Below, in pieces: positions 1 to 10,131 of a DNA stretch of 64,000 nucleotides. The position numbers were made by a program, and so were the translations under genes. The stretch's first letter is position 1, and each line of letters opens with the position of its first letter. Under the pieces are notes generated by a model that was not told the origin of the DNA, ran no database searches, and saw only the letters and a program-made list of their open reading frames with translations. Origin of the DNA: Dehalococcoidia bacterium (GTDB taxonomy: Bacteria > Chloroflexota > Dehalococcoidia > DSTF01 > JACRBR01); the NCBI GenBank assembly GCA_021731085.1, contig JAKFYB010000013.1, forward strand, positions 88,125 through 152,124, written 5' to 3'.

Positions 1-933
1 AGAGATAGTCGTACCGGGCACGCGTTCCGCTGTGGCCGCCCACGGCCAGGATTCGGAGGTCGGCGCCAGATCGTCGACGCGTCCCCGGACGATGGCGTCC
101 GTCATCGCCCCTGCCCGCGCGTTGCCGAGCACGTCGTGTACACGCACGAAATCTGCGCCGCCCGCGATGGCCAAAGCCGTGACCGCGGCCGTGGCTTCAT
201 CACGCTCACTCGCGTTCAGCCCCGTCGCGCTGCCGACGAAGTGCTTGCGCGAAGCGGCCACGAGCACAGGTAGACCGACCTCCTGAAACTCGCCTAGACG
301 CCGCACCACTTCGATGTCCTCCGCATGCGACTTGCCGAACGCGATCCCCGGATCGATGATCAGCGATTCGTCAGCGACGCCGAGCGTGCGTGCGAGGCTC
401 GCCTGTTCGCGCAGGAATGCGATGTGTTGGGCGATCAGGTCGTCGTATTGTGGAGGGGTCGCGGGCCGAACCTTCGGCCGCTCCAACGTGTAGTTGATCA
501 CCAGCGCCGCACCATAGCGTGCTGCAACCTCAGCCGTCGCCGTGTCATGCAGTAGCCCGCCAATGTCGTTGATCATGTGCGCGCCCGCCTGAACCGCCGC
601 CTCAGCGACCACCCCCTTGTACGTGTCAGCAGACACAACAAGATCGGTCTCCGCGAGCACTCGCTCGACCGCGGCGGCCACCTGGGCGGCCTCATCGCCA
701 GCATCACGCACGGGGACGTCGGCTCGCGCGCTCTCCCCGCCGATATCAACGATGTCCGCCCCGTCGGCCTGCGCCTGCACCGCGCGCCGCACCGCCGCGT
801 CGAGATCAGCGCCAACACCGTCGCCCGAGAAAGAGTCGCTCGTCAGGTTGAGAATCGCCATCATGTACGTCTTGCGGCCGAGCGGGAGCACGCGGTCGCG
901 CGCGCGCAGAAATCTCGGCGGGTCTCCGCTCAC
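1..933 (-). CDS. folP: dihydropteroate synthase (3' end runs off the window)
   Basis: Manual translation from GTG 933 (GTGA overlap with the SDR stop) gives MAILNLTSDSFS, DIGGESAR, INDIGG, IIDPGIAFGK, SRKHF, VRVHDV, all DHPS motifs; not in the ORF track because it is open-ended. Confidence 0.92.
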   Translation of the reverse strand, partial: MSGDPPRFLRARDRVLPLGRKTYMMAILNLTSDSFSGDGVGADLDAAVRRAVQAQADGADIVDIGGESARADVPVRDAGDEAAQVAAAVERVLAETDLVVSADTYKGVVAEAAVQAGAHMINDIGGLLHDTATAEVAARYGAALVINYTLERPKVRPATPPQYDDLIAQHIAFLREQASLARTLGVADESLIIDPGIAFGKSHAEDIEVVRRLGEFQEVGLPVLVAASRKHFVGSATGLNASERDEATAAVTALAIAGGADFVRVHDVLGNARAGAMTDAIVRGRVDDLAPTSESWPWAATAERVPGTTIS

Positions 934-1775
934 GCCGGCGCCGAGCCTTCGAGCGACGGCATCGAGCGTAACACCAGCGCTGCCAGCTCTTCGTCCGGCA
1001 TCGTCTTGCGCATCGCGCCCAGCGCCTCAGCGTCCTTACCGACGAGATAGTGCCGCTTCGGCGATGGCTCGGTCGCGGCCGCCACGATCGCGTCGATCAC
1101 CGGCGTCGGCTCCGCGCGCTGCGAACCGCCGGGCGTCGAGCCTTTCTCATACTGCTCCAGCAGCGGCGCGTAGTCGGAGGTCCCTTGTCGGCGCGTTGGC
1201 ATCCGCTTGTCGCCGATCGATGTCTCGAAGAACCCGGGCTCGATGTTGGCGACGTGGATGTTCCACGGGTGAAGCTCGTAGTACAGCGCCTCGCTGATCG
1301 ACGACAGTGCGGCCTTGGTCGCGGAGTAGATGCCGCGGAAGTGAGATGGGACAACGCCCGACAGCGAACCTACGTTGATGATGCGCCCCGAACCCTGCTT
1401 GCGCATCTGCGGCAGCGCTGCACGCGCGACGCGTATCGGTCCGAACACGTTCGTGTCGAATACGCGCAGCACTTCGTCGTCATCAAAGTCCTCGACCGCT
1501 GCGACAGCCCCGATGCCCGCGTTGTTCACGAGAACATCGATGCGCCGCGCCTTCGCGATCACATTCGCAACCGCCGCATCCACCGACGCCTTATCGACGA
1601 CGTCGAGTCGTACGACCTCGATCTCCACGCCAGCGGCCTGTGCTTCGGCGCGTAGCGGCCCCGCGCCGTCGAGATTGCGCATCGTCGCAAACACGGAATC
1701 GCCGCGCTTCGCAAACGCGATCGCCGCAAGCTTGCCGAATCCAGAGCTACAACCAGTGATGAGAACAACTGCCAT
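930..1775 (-). CDS. short-chain dehydrogenase/reductase
   Basis: TGCSSGFG, NNAG and YSATK motifs. Confidence 0.93.
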   Translation of the reverse strand: MAVVLITGCSSGFGKLAAIAFAKRGDSVFATMRNLDGAGPLRAEAQAAGVEIEVVRLDVVDKASVDAAVANVIAKARRIDVLVNNAGIGAVAAVEDFDDDEVLRVFDTNVFGPIRVARAALPQMRKQGSGRIINVGSLSGVVPSHFRGIYSATKAALSSISEALYYELHPWNIHVANIEPGFFETSIGDKRMPTRRQGTSDYAPLLEQYEKGSTPGGSQRAEPTPVIDAIVAAATEPSPKRHYLVGKDAEALGAMRKTMPDEELAALVLRSMPSLEGSAPA

Positions 1776-1790
1776 GGTGGGGGTTCCTTG

Positions 1791-2459
1791 CTAGTCGGCT
1801 GGCCCATACTCGGGCAGGCCCTTCAGTGTGTCGCTATCGACATCGATACGGACGATACCCGCCACCACCTCGACGATAAGCCGCACAGGCAGGACGACTT
1901 CCTTCGAGAAGAAGTGTCCGCGCTTGATCACGAGATCCTGCACGGTGCCCGTCGCAGTGTCGAACAGGACGCGTTCGACTTCTCCCACCTTTTCGTGTGG
2001 ATTCAATCGCCACACTGGCGCGTCCTTCGGGATCTCGACATCGCCAGGTGCAATCGAGCGCTGTTCGAGCATGATGTACGGCCCCGGCTCGCCCGGCAGC
2101 GATGCCGATATGCGCGCCAAATCGCTGACATCCAAAGACCCGCGCTCGGCGTCCGGAATGTTCGCGAAGTACTCCTGCTCGTAGTCGACGGAGTGGTCGC
2201 GAAAGTCGTCGGCGAGCATCGACAACGTGATGCGCTCAGACGTCGCCGCAGTAACAGCGCCGAGCGGCAGCACACGATCGTGCGAGAGGCCCCAGCCACC
2301 CTTCCACAGTGGCTCCCCGCTCCGCAGAATGCCCGTATCGACGACAATGTGCGTGAGTTGAAGGCCGTCCTCGCGGATGACGAACTTGCTCAACGTCCCC
2401 AGCTTGTGGCCTTCCTGGCTGACGACATCGGTACCAATACGAAGATCTTCAAGGTTCAT
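1791..2459 (-). CDS. PRC-barrel domain protein (two barrels)
   Basis: Two PRC-like units: DVVSQEGHKLGTL and EKVGEVERVLFD. Confidence 0.75.
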   Translation of the reverse strand: MNLEDLRIGTDVVSQEGHKLGTLSKFVIREDGLQLTHIVVDTGILRSGEPLWKGGWGLSHDRVLPLGAVTAATSERITLSMLADDFRDHSVDYEQEYFANIPDAERGSLDVSDLARISASLPGEPGPYIMLEQRSIAPGDVEIPKDAPVWRLNPHEKVGEVERVLFDTATGTVQDLVIKRGHFFSKEVVLPVRLIVEVVAGIVRIDVDSDTLKGLPEYGPAD

Positions 2460-2571
2460 GCAGCCATGCTATCGAACCCGCGCCGCAAGTGCCCCAGAGG
2501 GTTACGGGGGCTTTCAGCCCGCGTGGTCGAACGCTGCGCGGTCGTAGCGACGGCGCCACCAACTGCCTGGC

Positions 2572-2599
2572 TGTCATTCTCAGCGCAAGCGAAGAATCT
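2572..2599. repeat. short palindromic intergenic repeat (TGTCATTCTnAGCG..GCGAAGAATCT type)
   Basis: TGTCATTCTCAGCGCAAGCGAAGAATCT; ATTCT/AGAAT arms. Confidence 0.55.
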
Positions 2600-2659
2600 A
2601 CACCGTCCAAGGCGCAGCAGTAGCGGCAGCGCCACGCGGCGCCGCACGGACATTCATCT

Positions 2660-2681
2660 GTAGCGCGGGCCCTCAGCCCGC
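2660..2681 (+). repeat. GTAG-type REP-like palindrome
   Basis: GTAG-CGCGGGC-CCTCA-GCCCGC; near-identical inverted copy at 35206-35228. Confidence 0.7.
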
Positions 2682-2719
2682 ACGGCTTCGCGTTGATTTC
2701 CCTGAGAGGGAGTCGAGCC

Positions 2720-3460
2720 TTACGCAGCCTGCGACGTCGACGAACTCACAGAAATGCTCGCCGCAATCTGCCGACGCTCGCCCTTCGTGCTGATCAAATA
2801 AATCCCTGAAACCGCTGCAATCAACGCCGCCTCAAGCAACGTCAGCGCCCCCATGATGAACACTGTATCCCGCCAGAACGCCTCCGGGAACATCTGGATT
2901 AGATGATCTGTCCGCGGATTCAGCAGCCAGTTGTCATTCGTAAAGGCGATCTCGTGGAACCGCTCCCACGCCGCCTCGAACCCCACCGCCGCGAATGCGC
3001 CGATCGCGCCAACAACGAGGCCACCGATCAGTAGCGATGCAAGGCTCTGTCCGGCCAGCTCACGTAGGCTCCCCTCCTTCGACCAGACAAAGAAGAGAAC
3101 GCCGTACGCGACAACGAACATGACCGTGATCACCTGAAGTAGGTTCACCCACGTCACGAGCCCCTTCACGTCCTCCATGTGCTGCGTCTCCTTAGCCGAG
3201 AAGATCGGCGCTGGAAGGCCATTCTCGGTGACCGTGCAGTAGTACGTGGGCTCGCCGTTGTTGAAGTAGCGCCGCAACTCCGCAGCGCACGTATCCAGAT
3301 CGGAGCGGGACAACCCGGTGGACGCCGTCGCGTCGTAGCGGTCGAAGGCATAGTCGTAAACGACAGGCGCGTTCATCAGCAGACGCACGTTCGTCGTGAT
3401 GATCGCGATAGGCAACGCGACGATAAAGAGGATCGTGGCGAGCGAGCGAGCGAAGCCCAT
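2720..3460 (-). CDS. DUF1461/TIGR01906 integral membrane protein (Lit-like)
   Basis: HMEDVK, FHEIAFTNDNWLLNP, LIQMFPE motifs; 4 TM segments; start placed at ATG 3460 behind a GGGGGAG RBS. Confidence 0.8.
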   Translation of the reverse strand: MGFARSLATILFIVALPIAIITTNVRLLMNAPVVYDYAFDRYDATASTGLSRSDLDTCAAELRRYFNNGEPTYYCTVTENGLPAPIFSAKETQHMEDVKGLVTWVNLLQVITVMFVVAYGVLFFVWSKEGSLRELAGQSLASLLIGGLVVGAIGAFAAVGFEAAWERFHEIAFTNDNWLLNPRTDHLIQMFPEAFWRDTVFIMGALTLLEAALIAAVSGIYLISTKGERRQIAASISVSSSTSQAA

Positions 3461-3499
3461 GTGGGTCTCCCCCTGCCGCCCCGCCACCGCGACTTGGTT

Positions 3500-3528
3500 A
3501 TTGTCAACGGGCGGATCTGCCTTGTCAA
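3500..3528 (-). promoter_or_regulatory. sigma70-type promoter of the DUF1461 gene
   Basis: TTGACA-N17-GACAAT on the minus strand, 40 nt upstream of ATG 3460. Confidence 0.6.
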
Positions 3529-3969
3529 GCGGCGCTGCGCCCACCGCCAATTCAGGATCACTCATCACAGAAATGGTATCGCACCTGCTTTGCATCACGC
3601 CGCGGGCGCGTGCTCCGGCCCGAGGGCCATCGGCCGCTAGGACATCCCAGGCCATTGGAAGCATCATCCCCGCGGAGGCATCCCACGAACTGCGACGTCA
3701 GCGCAAGCACCGAGGAAAGACGCCACATTGATCGTTTCCACAACCCAGACAACCAATTCAATCAAACCGCAGCTTCAGCCCGCGCCCGCAGCCACGACAC
3801 CCCCGGTCGCACCAGATTCAAAACGACCTCGCATCCGGAATACACGCGAAAACAACTAAACAATCAAAGGCCTCGGAGCCAGAGTGGAAACAGCAAAACT
3901 GCCAAACGAATTCCCGCCCGTCCTCTATGCTCCATCGTCCGTCTTCCATCCTCACGTCATACTGCGACC

Positions 3970-5340
3970 ATGCCAGCAATAACGATCATAGGACTCGGTC
4001 CCGGTGACGCCTCGCTCCTCACCGTCGAAGCGCGCGACACCCTCGCCACAGCTTCGGAAGTCTGGCTGCGCACCAGCCGGCACCCAACTGTGGCTGGCCT
4101 CCCCACCGGCCCAAAGTACAACTCCTTCGATGAGATATACGAGCGCGAACCCACCTTCGATGCTGTCTACGCAGCCATCGTCGAGCGCGTCCTCGAACTG
4201 GCAACGAGGCCGGAAGGCGTCGCCTATGCCGTCCCCGGCCACCCGATGTTCGGCGAGTCAACCGTACGCGCCATCCTCCTGCAGGCCACCGAACGCAGCC
4301 TCGACGTGCGCATCATCGCCGGCGTCAGCTTCCTTGACACCATCGCCTCCGCCCTCGGCGTCGACCCCCTCACCGACGGCCTCCTGGTGCTCGACGCGCT
4401 CGCGCTCGGCGACCGCAGCCGCATGCTCGTCCCGCAACGCCCTACCGTCATCGCCCAAGTGTACGACCAGAACGCCGCATCGCTGGCAAAGCTCGCCCTG
4501 CTGGAGGCCTATCCGCCGGAACATCCGGTGCGCGTCGTGACAGCGACCGGCACGAACGACCAGCGCATCATCGCAACAAAAATCGCCGTCCTCGACCACG
4601 ACGCAGCCGCCTTCGACCACCTCGCCACGCTGTACGTCCCGCCACTCGCCCTCATCGACGACACGCGTTCGTTCGAAGGCCTGCGGCGCGTCGTCGCCCA
4701 GCTCCGCAACCCCGACGGTGGCTGTCCGTGGGATCTCGAACAGACCCACGAGACGTTGAAGCGCTACCTCCTCGAAGAGGCCTACGAAGCGCTCGACGCT
4801 CTCGACAGCGGCGACCCGCACAAGCTCGCCGAAGAGCTCGGCGACCTGACGATGCAGGTCCTGCTGCACGCGCAGGTTGCCGAGGACAACGACGAGTTCG
4901 TTATCGAAGACGTACTGCGCGAAATCTCAACAAAGCTCATCCGCCGTCACCCCCACGTCTTCGCCGACACGCGGGTCGAAGGCGCAGACGAAGTCCTCCG
5001 CAACTGGGAGGCCCTCAAGAAAGCCGAGCGCGCGGGCAACCAAGAGTCGCCGCTAGACCACGTCCCCAAAGCGATGCCCGCGCTCGCGCAAGCACAGTCG
5101 CTCCAGTCCCGAGCGTCGAAAGCGAACCTCGGGCCAACACCGCTTGCCGCCGACGCCCTAACCCGCGCCCTCGCAGACCTAACATCAACAACCGACGCCC
5201 CGACAGCCGAAGCCCTCGGCGACCTCCTCTTCGGCATCGTCGCCCTCGCCCGCACCCACAGCCTCGACGCAGAAGAAGCCCTCCGCATGACGATCCGGCG
5301 GTTCAGGGATGCGGTTGAAGGGGAAGAAGCGCACTTGTAG
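3970..5340 (+). CDS. mazG: tetrapyrrole methylase/MazG nucleoside triphosphate pyrophosphohydrolase fusion (YabN-like)
   Basis: GLGPG N-terminal methylase domain; GCPWD, EEAYE, EELGD, KLIRRHPHVF. Confidence 0.9.
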   Translation: MPAITIIGLGPGDASLLTVEARDTLATASEVWLRTSRHPTVAGLPTGPKYNSFDEIYEREPTFDAVYAAIVERVLELATRPEGVAYAVPGHPMFGESTVRAILLQATERSLDVRIIAGVSFLDTIASALGVDPLTDGLLVLDALALGDRSRMLVPQRPTVIAQVYDQNAASLAKLALLEAYPPEHPVRVVTATGTNDQRIIATKIAVLDHDAAAFDHLATLYVPPLALIDDTRSFEGLRRVVAQLRNPDGGCPWDLEQTHETLKRYLLEEAYEALDALDSGDPHKLAEELGDLTMQVLLHAQVAEDNDEFVIEDVLREISTKLIRRHPHVFADTRVEGADEVLRNWEALKKAERAGNQESPLDHVPKAMPALAQAQSLQSRASKANLGPTPLAADALTRALADLTSTTDAPTAEALGDLLFGIVALARTHSLDAEEALRMTIRRFRDAVEGEEAHL

Positions 5341-5435
5341 GGGCCGCCGCTCTGCTGCGCCCTCGTCGGACGGGACGATCCACCACTATCGCCGAGGTTG
5401 TGGAGCACTCGGAGCGTTCGGGTTGAAAATGAGTC

Positions 5436-5837
5436 TTATTCTTCGATCTCAGACGGTGCGGCCGCCGCAACATGCGCCTCCACCAACGGCAACCACTCGC
5501 GCTCCTCGTGCTCCGCGAAGTCCCACCACACCTGCTCGCCCTTGTTCGTCACGACGCACAGACACTGGTTCAACGATGAACGCCCCATCGGCGCATGATG
5601 CCAGCGATGCAGCCCGACCTCCCGCATCTCGTCGTACGGCACGACCATCCAGCGCGCCTCGCCCTTTGCGGCCTCGAACATCAGCCGCCGGTTCGTCATG
5701 AACAGCGACCCCGCGATCTTGTCGGTCCCGTACAGCAGCGATGCCTTCAACGATCGCTCGACCGTCTCGCCAGCCTGCAAATCCACAGGCGGCGCAACTT
5801 GCTCTACAGGCTTAGGTTTGCGCTTGAACAACGGCAC
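5436..5837 (-). CDS. hypothetical protein, GRAM/PH-like fold
   Basis: GSLFMTNRRLMF motif; GGAG RBS. Confidence 0.55.
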   Translation of the reverse strand: MPLFKRKPKPVEQVAPPVDLQAGETVERSLKASLLYGTDKIAGSLFMTNRRLMFEAAKGEARWMVVPYDEMREVGLHRWHHAPMGRSSLNQCLCVVTNKGEQVWWDFAEHEEREWLPLVEAHVAAAAPSEIEE

Positions 5838-5849
5838 CGCGCGCTCCTA

Positions 5850-5886
5850 CTACGAACTACGAACTACAGTCCACAAACGACGAACT
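5850..5886. repeat. degenerate heptamer tandem repeat (CTACGAA x ~5)
   Basis: ctacgaa ctacgaa ctacagt ccacaaa cgacgaa in an intergenic gap. Confidence 0.6.
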
Positions 5887-6872
5887 CACCGCAGCGACGT
5901 TGCGTACTTCATCGCTGGCCGCAGATCGTCGACGTGGGTGCGCTCGTGCATCCAGAACCACTGGATGTACTCGATCATCGGGCGCTCGTGCGGCTCGGGC
6001 ATCCAGGGCATGAACAACACTTCGCGCACATGCTTGGGCTTGAGTTCCGCCAGCAGCAGCATCGTCCCGTGCCGCATCGATAGATACTCCTCGATCAGCG
6101 CGTTGACAGTTGAGACTTTGCGTTCCGCGAGCCGTTCGGCGTTTCCCGCATGTACGTCGGGCCACTGCGCCACCTTGCCCGTCTCGACCAGGCTCCGCAG
6201 ATGCCTCTGGAACACCCAGTCACCCGTCGCGATGTGCGCCAGCAAGTCGCGATGCGTCCACCCCTGCGTCAATGAAGGCAGCTCCCACATGACGGGGTCA
6301 ACGCTATGGACCACGTACAGCACGTTGTCCGGAGACAACTGCTCGACGGCGGGCTCCAGCTCTGGCAAGAACTTGAGCTTCGGCGCCGCCCAGTTCATCC
6401 GCAGCGCGCGCTTCACATCCGCCGCATGCAGTCGGTCGTGGTACCCGAGCCAGATCCGCTGACGCACAGAGTTGTGCTCGTCGCCATACGCCGGGAGGCC
6501 GAGAGCGAGGTGCCGCTTTTCGAGCAGCTCGTACAGCCCCAGCAGAAGCTTCCGCCGGCTCACCATTTCTGCGCGTAGCTCCGGGACCGGCCGTCCGCGT
6601 CCGCGCTCGATGGCACGCTTTCGGGCCGCTTTCGCCTCCTCAGGCGACACCGGCTTCTTCGCTGCTTCCGACTCGCCCTTCAGCAGCCCTTGCGCCGCGA
6701 CAGCCCACGCCTGGTCGGCGCCGGCGACGTGCGCGAGCAGTTCGTGCAGCGTGCGATCGCCATACGGGATCTGCCGTTCCCACTGCTCCGAATCGACCGC
6801 ATCCAGCGCTGCCTCAAACTCATCGCGAGCATGGTGCATGTCGAGCACGGCGTCGTGGACATAGGCTTCCAT
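5886..6872 (-). CDS. tandem DinB/MDMPI N-terminal domain protein
   Basis: Two units (TLHELLAHV...HDRLH and WTHRDLLAHI...HERTH). Confidence 0.75.
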   Translation of the reverse strand: MEAYVHDAVLDMHHARDEFEAALDAVDSEQWERQIPYGDRTLHELLAHVAGADQAWAVAAQGLLKGESEAAKKPVSPEEAKAARKRAIERGRGRPVPELRAEMVSRRKLLLGLYELLEKRHLALGLPAYGDEHNSVRQRIWLGYHDRLHAADVKRALRMNWAAPKLKFLPELEPAVEQLSPDNVLYVVHSVDPVMWELPSLTQGWTHRDLLAHIATGDWVFQRHLRSLVETGKVAQWPDVHAGNAERLAERKVSTVNALIEEYLSMRHGTMLLLAELKPKHVREVLFMPWMPEPHERPMIEYIQWFWMHERTHVDDLRPAMKYATSLR

Positions 6873-7005
6873 TTCACCAGTGTAGACCGCTCACACGGTT
6901 CAGACTTCAAGATCGGCGTTGGGCCAGCGCTAGACAAGAAAGCGGCCGACGCGTTGTCGTGGCGGTGGCATATTGCTATCAATAGGACAGAGGAAGGATC
7001 CCCAT

Positions 7006-7242
7006 ATGAGCCCGACGGATCAGCAGCTTCAAGACGGCCTACAGGCCTTCATCAACAACGCCGTCGCCCCCTCCGCTGGCGAAGTAGCCGTCGCCGTCGA
7101 TCACGGAGTCGTCACGCTCACCGGCCGCGTGTCAACAAACACGCAGCGAACGGCCATCCGCGACCTCGTCGGCGCAACGCGCGGCGTCCAGCACGTCTTC
7201 TACGCGATCGAGGTCGGTATCGTCACGCAGATTCACGCCTAG
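7006..7242 (+). CDS. BON domain protein
   Basis: VAVDHGVVTLTGRV...GVQHV. Confidence 0.75.
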   Translation: MSPTDQQLQDGLQAFINNAVAPSAGEVAVAVDHGVVTLTGRVSTNTQRTAIRDLVGATRGVQHVFYAIEVGIVTQIHA

Positions 7243-7380
7243 GATCGAATTGTCCGCCTGAGGCCGATCTTACGTTCCGCGTGGTTCATTCGTCTCATAG
7301 CCCATACCCCACATCTGTGATACCAATCTGCCCGTAGATGCCAATCTACGCAAACCCCTATCGGGTACGGAGATACAGGC

Positions 7381-8928
7381 TTGTTCAAGAAGATCCTTGT
7401 CGCCAACCGCGGCGAAATCGCGCTGCGCGTCATGCGCACCTGCCGCGAGATGGGCATCAAAACCGTCGCCGTCTACTCGACGGTCGACCGGAACATGCTG
7501 CACGTCCGCTTCGCCGACGAGGCATACCTCATCGGCGAAGGTCCGCCGCTCGAAAGCTACCTGAACTACCAGAAGATCCTCGAGGTCGCAAAGAAGGCCG
7601 GCGTTGATGCCGTCCACCCCGGCTACGGCTTCCTCAGTGAGCGCACGGAGTTCGCGGAAGCATGCGAGGCCGCTGGTATCACCTTTATCGGCCCCAAGCC
7701 CGAAGCCGTCATTCACCTCGGCGACAAGGTCAATGCCCGCCGCACGATGATCGCCGCCGGCGTCCCCGTGGTGCCCGGCACAGAAGGCCGCGTCGAAGCC
7801 GACGAAGCCGTCCGCCAGGCGCCCAACATCGGCTTCCCGTTGATGATCAAGGCGTCGGCCGGAGGCGGCGGCAAGGGCATCCGGCTCGTCAAGTCGGCCG
7901 ATGAAATCGAGAATGCCGTGAAGGTCGCCTCCAGCGAAGCGCTCTCGTCGTTCGGCGATGGCGGCGTCTTTCTCGAGCGCTATCTCTCGCCTGTCCGCCA
8001 CGTCGAGATCCAGGTGCTCGGCGACAAGCATGGCAACGTCGTCGCGCTCGGCGAGCGCGAGTGCTCCGTCCAGCGCCGCCATCAGAAGCTGCTCGAGGAA
8101 TCGCCATCGCCCGTCCTCAAGCCTGAAACGCGGACGAAGATGATGGAGGCCGGCGTCGCCGCGGCGAAGGCGTCCGGCTACTACAACGCTGGCACTGTCG
8201 AGTTCCTGCTTGACCCAACGACGCAGGAGTTCTTCTTCCTCGAGGTGAACACTCGTTTGCAGGTGGAACACCCAGTGACGGAGTGGATCACTGGCCGCGA
8301 CCTTGTCCGCGATCAGATCCGCATCGCAGCGGGCGAGCCGTTGGGCTTCACGCAGGACGACGTGCAGTTCCGCGGCCACGCGATCGAGTGTCGCATCGCC
8401 GCCGAGGATCCGTACAACAACTATCTGCCGTCGCTCGGCCGTATCGACTTCGTACAGGAGCCGCTCGGCCCCGGCGTGCGCATCGACAGCAGCATCTTCA
8501 GCGGCATCGAGATCCCGTACTACTACGACCCGATGCTCGCCAAGCTTATCTGCTGGGCGGAGGACCGCACCGCCGCGATCGCCCGCATGAAGCGCGCCCT
8601 TCGGGAGTACGTAATCCTCGGCGTGAAGACGAACATTCCGTTCCACCTTCAGCTGCTCGACGACGAGCGCTTCATCAATGGCGAAGTGCATACAGGCTTC
8701 CTAGACAGCGACTTCAAGATGGTCGAACCGGAGCACAATCCAACAACCGATGAGATCGCCTTGCTCGTCGCGGCGGTCATGTCGCACGAGCGGCGCCAGC
8801 GTAATGGTGCGCAACCTGCCGTCATCGTCGGACCATCACAACAGTGGCGTGAGGCCGGCCGCGACCGGCAGATCGCCAGCCACACGGGTAAGTCACAGGG
8901 GAACCAATGGCGGCGAAGTACCGGCTGA
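7381..8928 (+). CDS. accC: acyl-CoA carboxylase, biotin carboxylase subunit
   Basis: ANRGEIA, HPGYGFLSE, GGGGKG, ERECSVQRRHQK, RLQVEHPVTE. Confidence 0.95.
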   Translation: MFKKILVANRGEIALRVMRTCREMGIKTVAVYSTVDRNMLHVRFADEAYLIGEGPPLESYLNYQKILEVAKKAGVDAVHPGYGFLSERTEFAEACEAAGITFIGPKPEAVIHLGDKVNARRTMIAAGVPVVPGTEGRVEADEAVRQAPNIGFPLMIKASAGGGGKGIRLVKSADEIENAVKVASSEALSSFGDGGVFLERYLSPVRHVEIQVLGDKHGNVVALGERECSVQRRHQKLLEESPSPVLKPETRTKMMEAGVAAAKASGYYNAGTVEFLLDPTTQEFFFLEVNTRLQVEHPVTEWITGRDLVRDQIRIAAGEPLGFTQDDVQFRGHAIECRIAAEDPYNNYLPSLGRIDFVQEPLGPGVRIDSSIFSGIEIPYYYDPMLAKLICWAEDRTAAIARMKRALREYVILGVKTNIPFHLQLLDDERFINGEVHTGFLDSDFKMVEPEHNPTTDEIALLVAAVMSHERRQRNGAQPAVIVGPSQQWREAGRDRQIASHTGKSQGNQWRRSTG

Positions 8929-9419
8929 GGCTCGGCGACGAGCTCCACGAGATCGAAATAGAGCCGGATCACGCCGGAGGCCTGCGCGTGAAGATCGGCG
9001 ATGCCGAAGCACACACGGTCAGTCTTGAACGCATCAACGAAGGCGCGCGCTATTCGTTGATTGTCGACGGGCGACCGTACGACATCTTCGCCGAAGAAGG
9101 CCCGACCGACTACCACATTCTCGTCGATGGCGAGCGCGTAGTCATCGGAACGCAGACGGGCGCGAAGGGCAAGGGCGGCGCCGACTTCGACCTCGATGCG
9201 GGCGGCGAGTGGGTGCTCAAGTCGCCGATGGCCGGCGTCGTCCGCGAAGTGCGCGTTGCGGCCGACGATGAGGTCGAGGAGGGCGCAACGCTCGTCGTCG
9301 TCGAGGCGATGAAGATGCAGAACGAACTCCACGCCCGCCGCGCTGGCCAGGTAAAGGCCGTCTACGTCACCGTCGGCCAACGCGTCGACCAGGGCACGCC
9401 GTTGCTGGTGCTGGTGTAG
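8907..9419 (+). CDS. biotin carboxyl carrier protein
   Basis: EAMKM biotinylation motif. Confidence 0.92.
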   Translation: MAAKYRLRLGDELHEIEIEPDHAGGLRVKIGDAEAHTVSLERINEGARYSLIVDGRPYDIFAEEGPTDYHILVDGERVVIGTQTGAKGKGGADFDLDAGGEWVLKSPMAGVVREVRVAADDEVEEGATLVVVEAMKMQNELHARRAGQVKAVYVTVGQRVDQGTPLLVLV

Positions 9420-9450
9420 GCGCCGGGCGACCATCTGCCACACTGCCCCG

Positions 9451-10131
9451 ATGAACATCACCCGCGGCCGCACGGCCGACACGCTCACGCGCGACGAACT
9501 GCGCGCGCTCGCTGCGCCATACGCGGGCGTTACTCTCGACATCGGCGCGGGCGATGGTGCGTGGGCGTACCGGTACGGTGGCGCGCATCCCGATCGCTTC
9601 GTAATCGCGCTCGATCCGGTTCGCGAGAATATGCGCGAGTGGTCGGCGAAAGCAGCGAAGAAGCCCGACAAGGGTGGCCTGCCGAACGCACTCTTCGTCG
9701 TCGCGAGCGTCGAATCGCCGCCGGAGGAACTGCGAGGCGTCGCCGACGAGGTCTTCGTCACGCTGCCGTGGGGGTCGCTGATGCGCGGCCTGATTCTGGG
9801 CGACGGTGGCATGCTTGCGGCGATCGCGTCGTTCGCGAAAGGCGGCGCATCGATCCGCATCGTGCTGAACACGCGCATCTTCGACGACCCGGTGCCGATA
9901 GACGTGCGAGATTTGCCCGAAGTCACGCCCGAGTACGTCGTCACGACGCTCGTCCCGCTGTTCGAAGAGCACGGCATCCGTGTGGAAAACAGCCGCTGGA
10001 TGGACGCCGACGAGGTCGCGGCGATCGGCACCAGGTGGGCGAAACGCCTCTCCCATCGCGCCCCACCGCGCTCGGTTTTGATTGAGGCTAGGGTTCGATC
10101 CATTGAGGACGACAGCGGTGCCGAAAGCTGA
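9451..10131 (+). CDS. 16S rRNA (adenine(1408)-N1)-methyltransferase, NpmA/KamB family
   Basis: DIGAGDG, DPVRENM, KKPDKGGLPNALFV, LPWGSL and WAKRL match the NpmA/KamB pattern over the full length. Confidence 0.85.
   Translation: MNITRGRTADTLTRDELRALAAPYAGVTLDIGAGDGAWAYRYGGAHPDRFVIALDPVRENMREWSAKAAKKPDKGGLPNALFVVASVESPPEELRGVADEVFVTLPWGSLMRGLILGDGGMLAAIASFAKGGASIRIVLNTRIFDDPVPIDVRDLPEVTPEYVVTTLVPLFEEHGIRVENSRWMDADEVAAIGTRWAKRLSHRAPPRSVLIEARVRSIEDDSGAES

Noticed and set aside
3610..3969. 120-aa N-terminal extension of the MazG ORF, or an ncRNA in this AT-richer gap
   Set aside because: Homology begins at ATG 3970, and I recognised no RNA family motif
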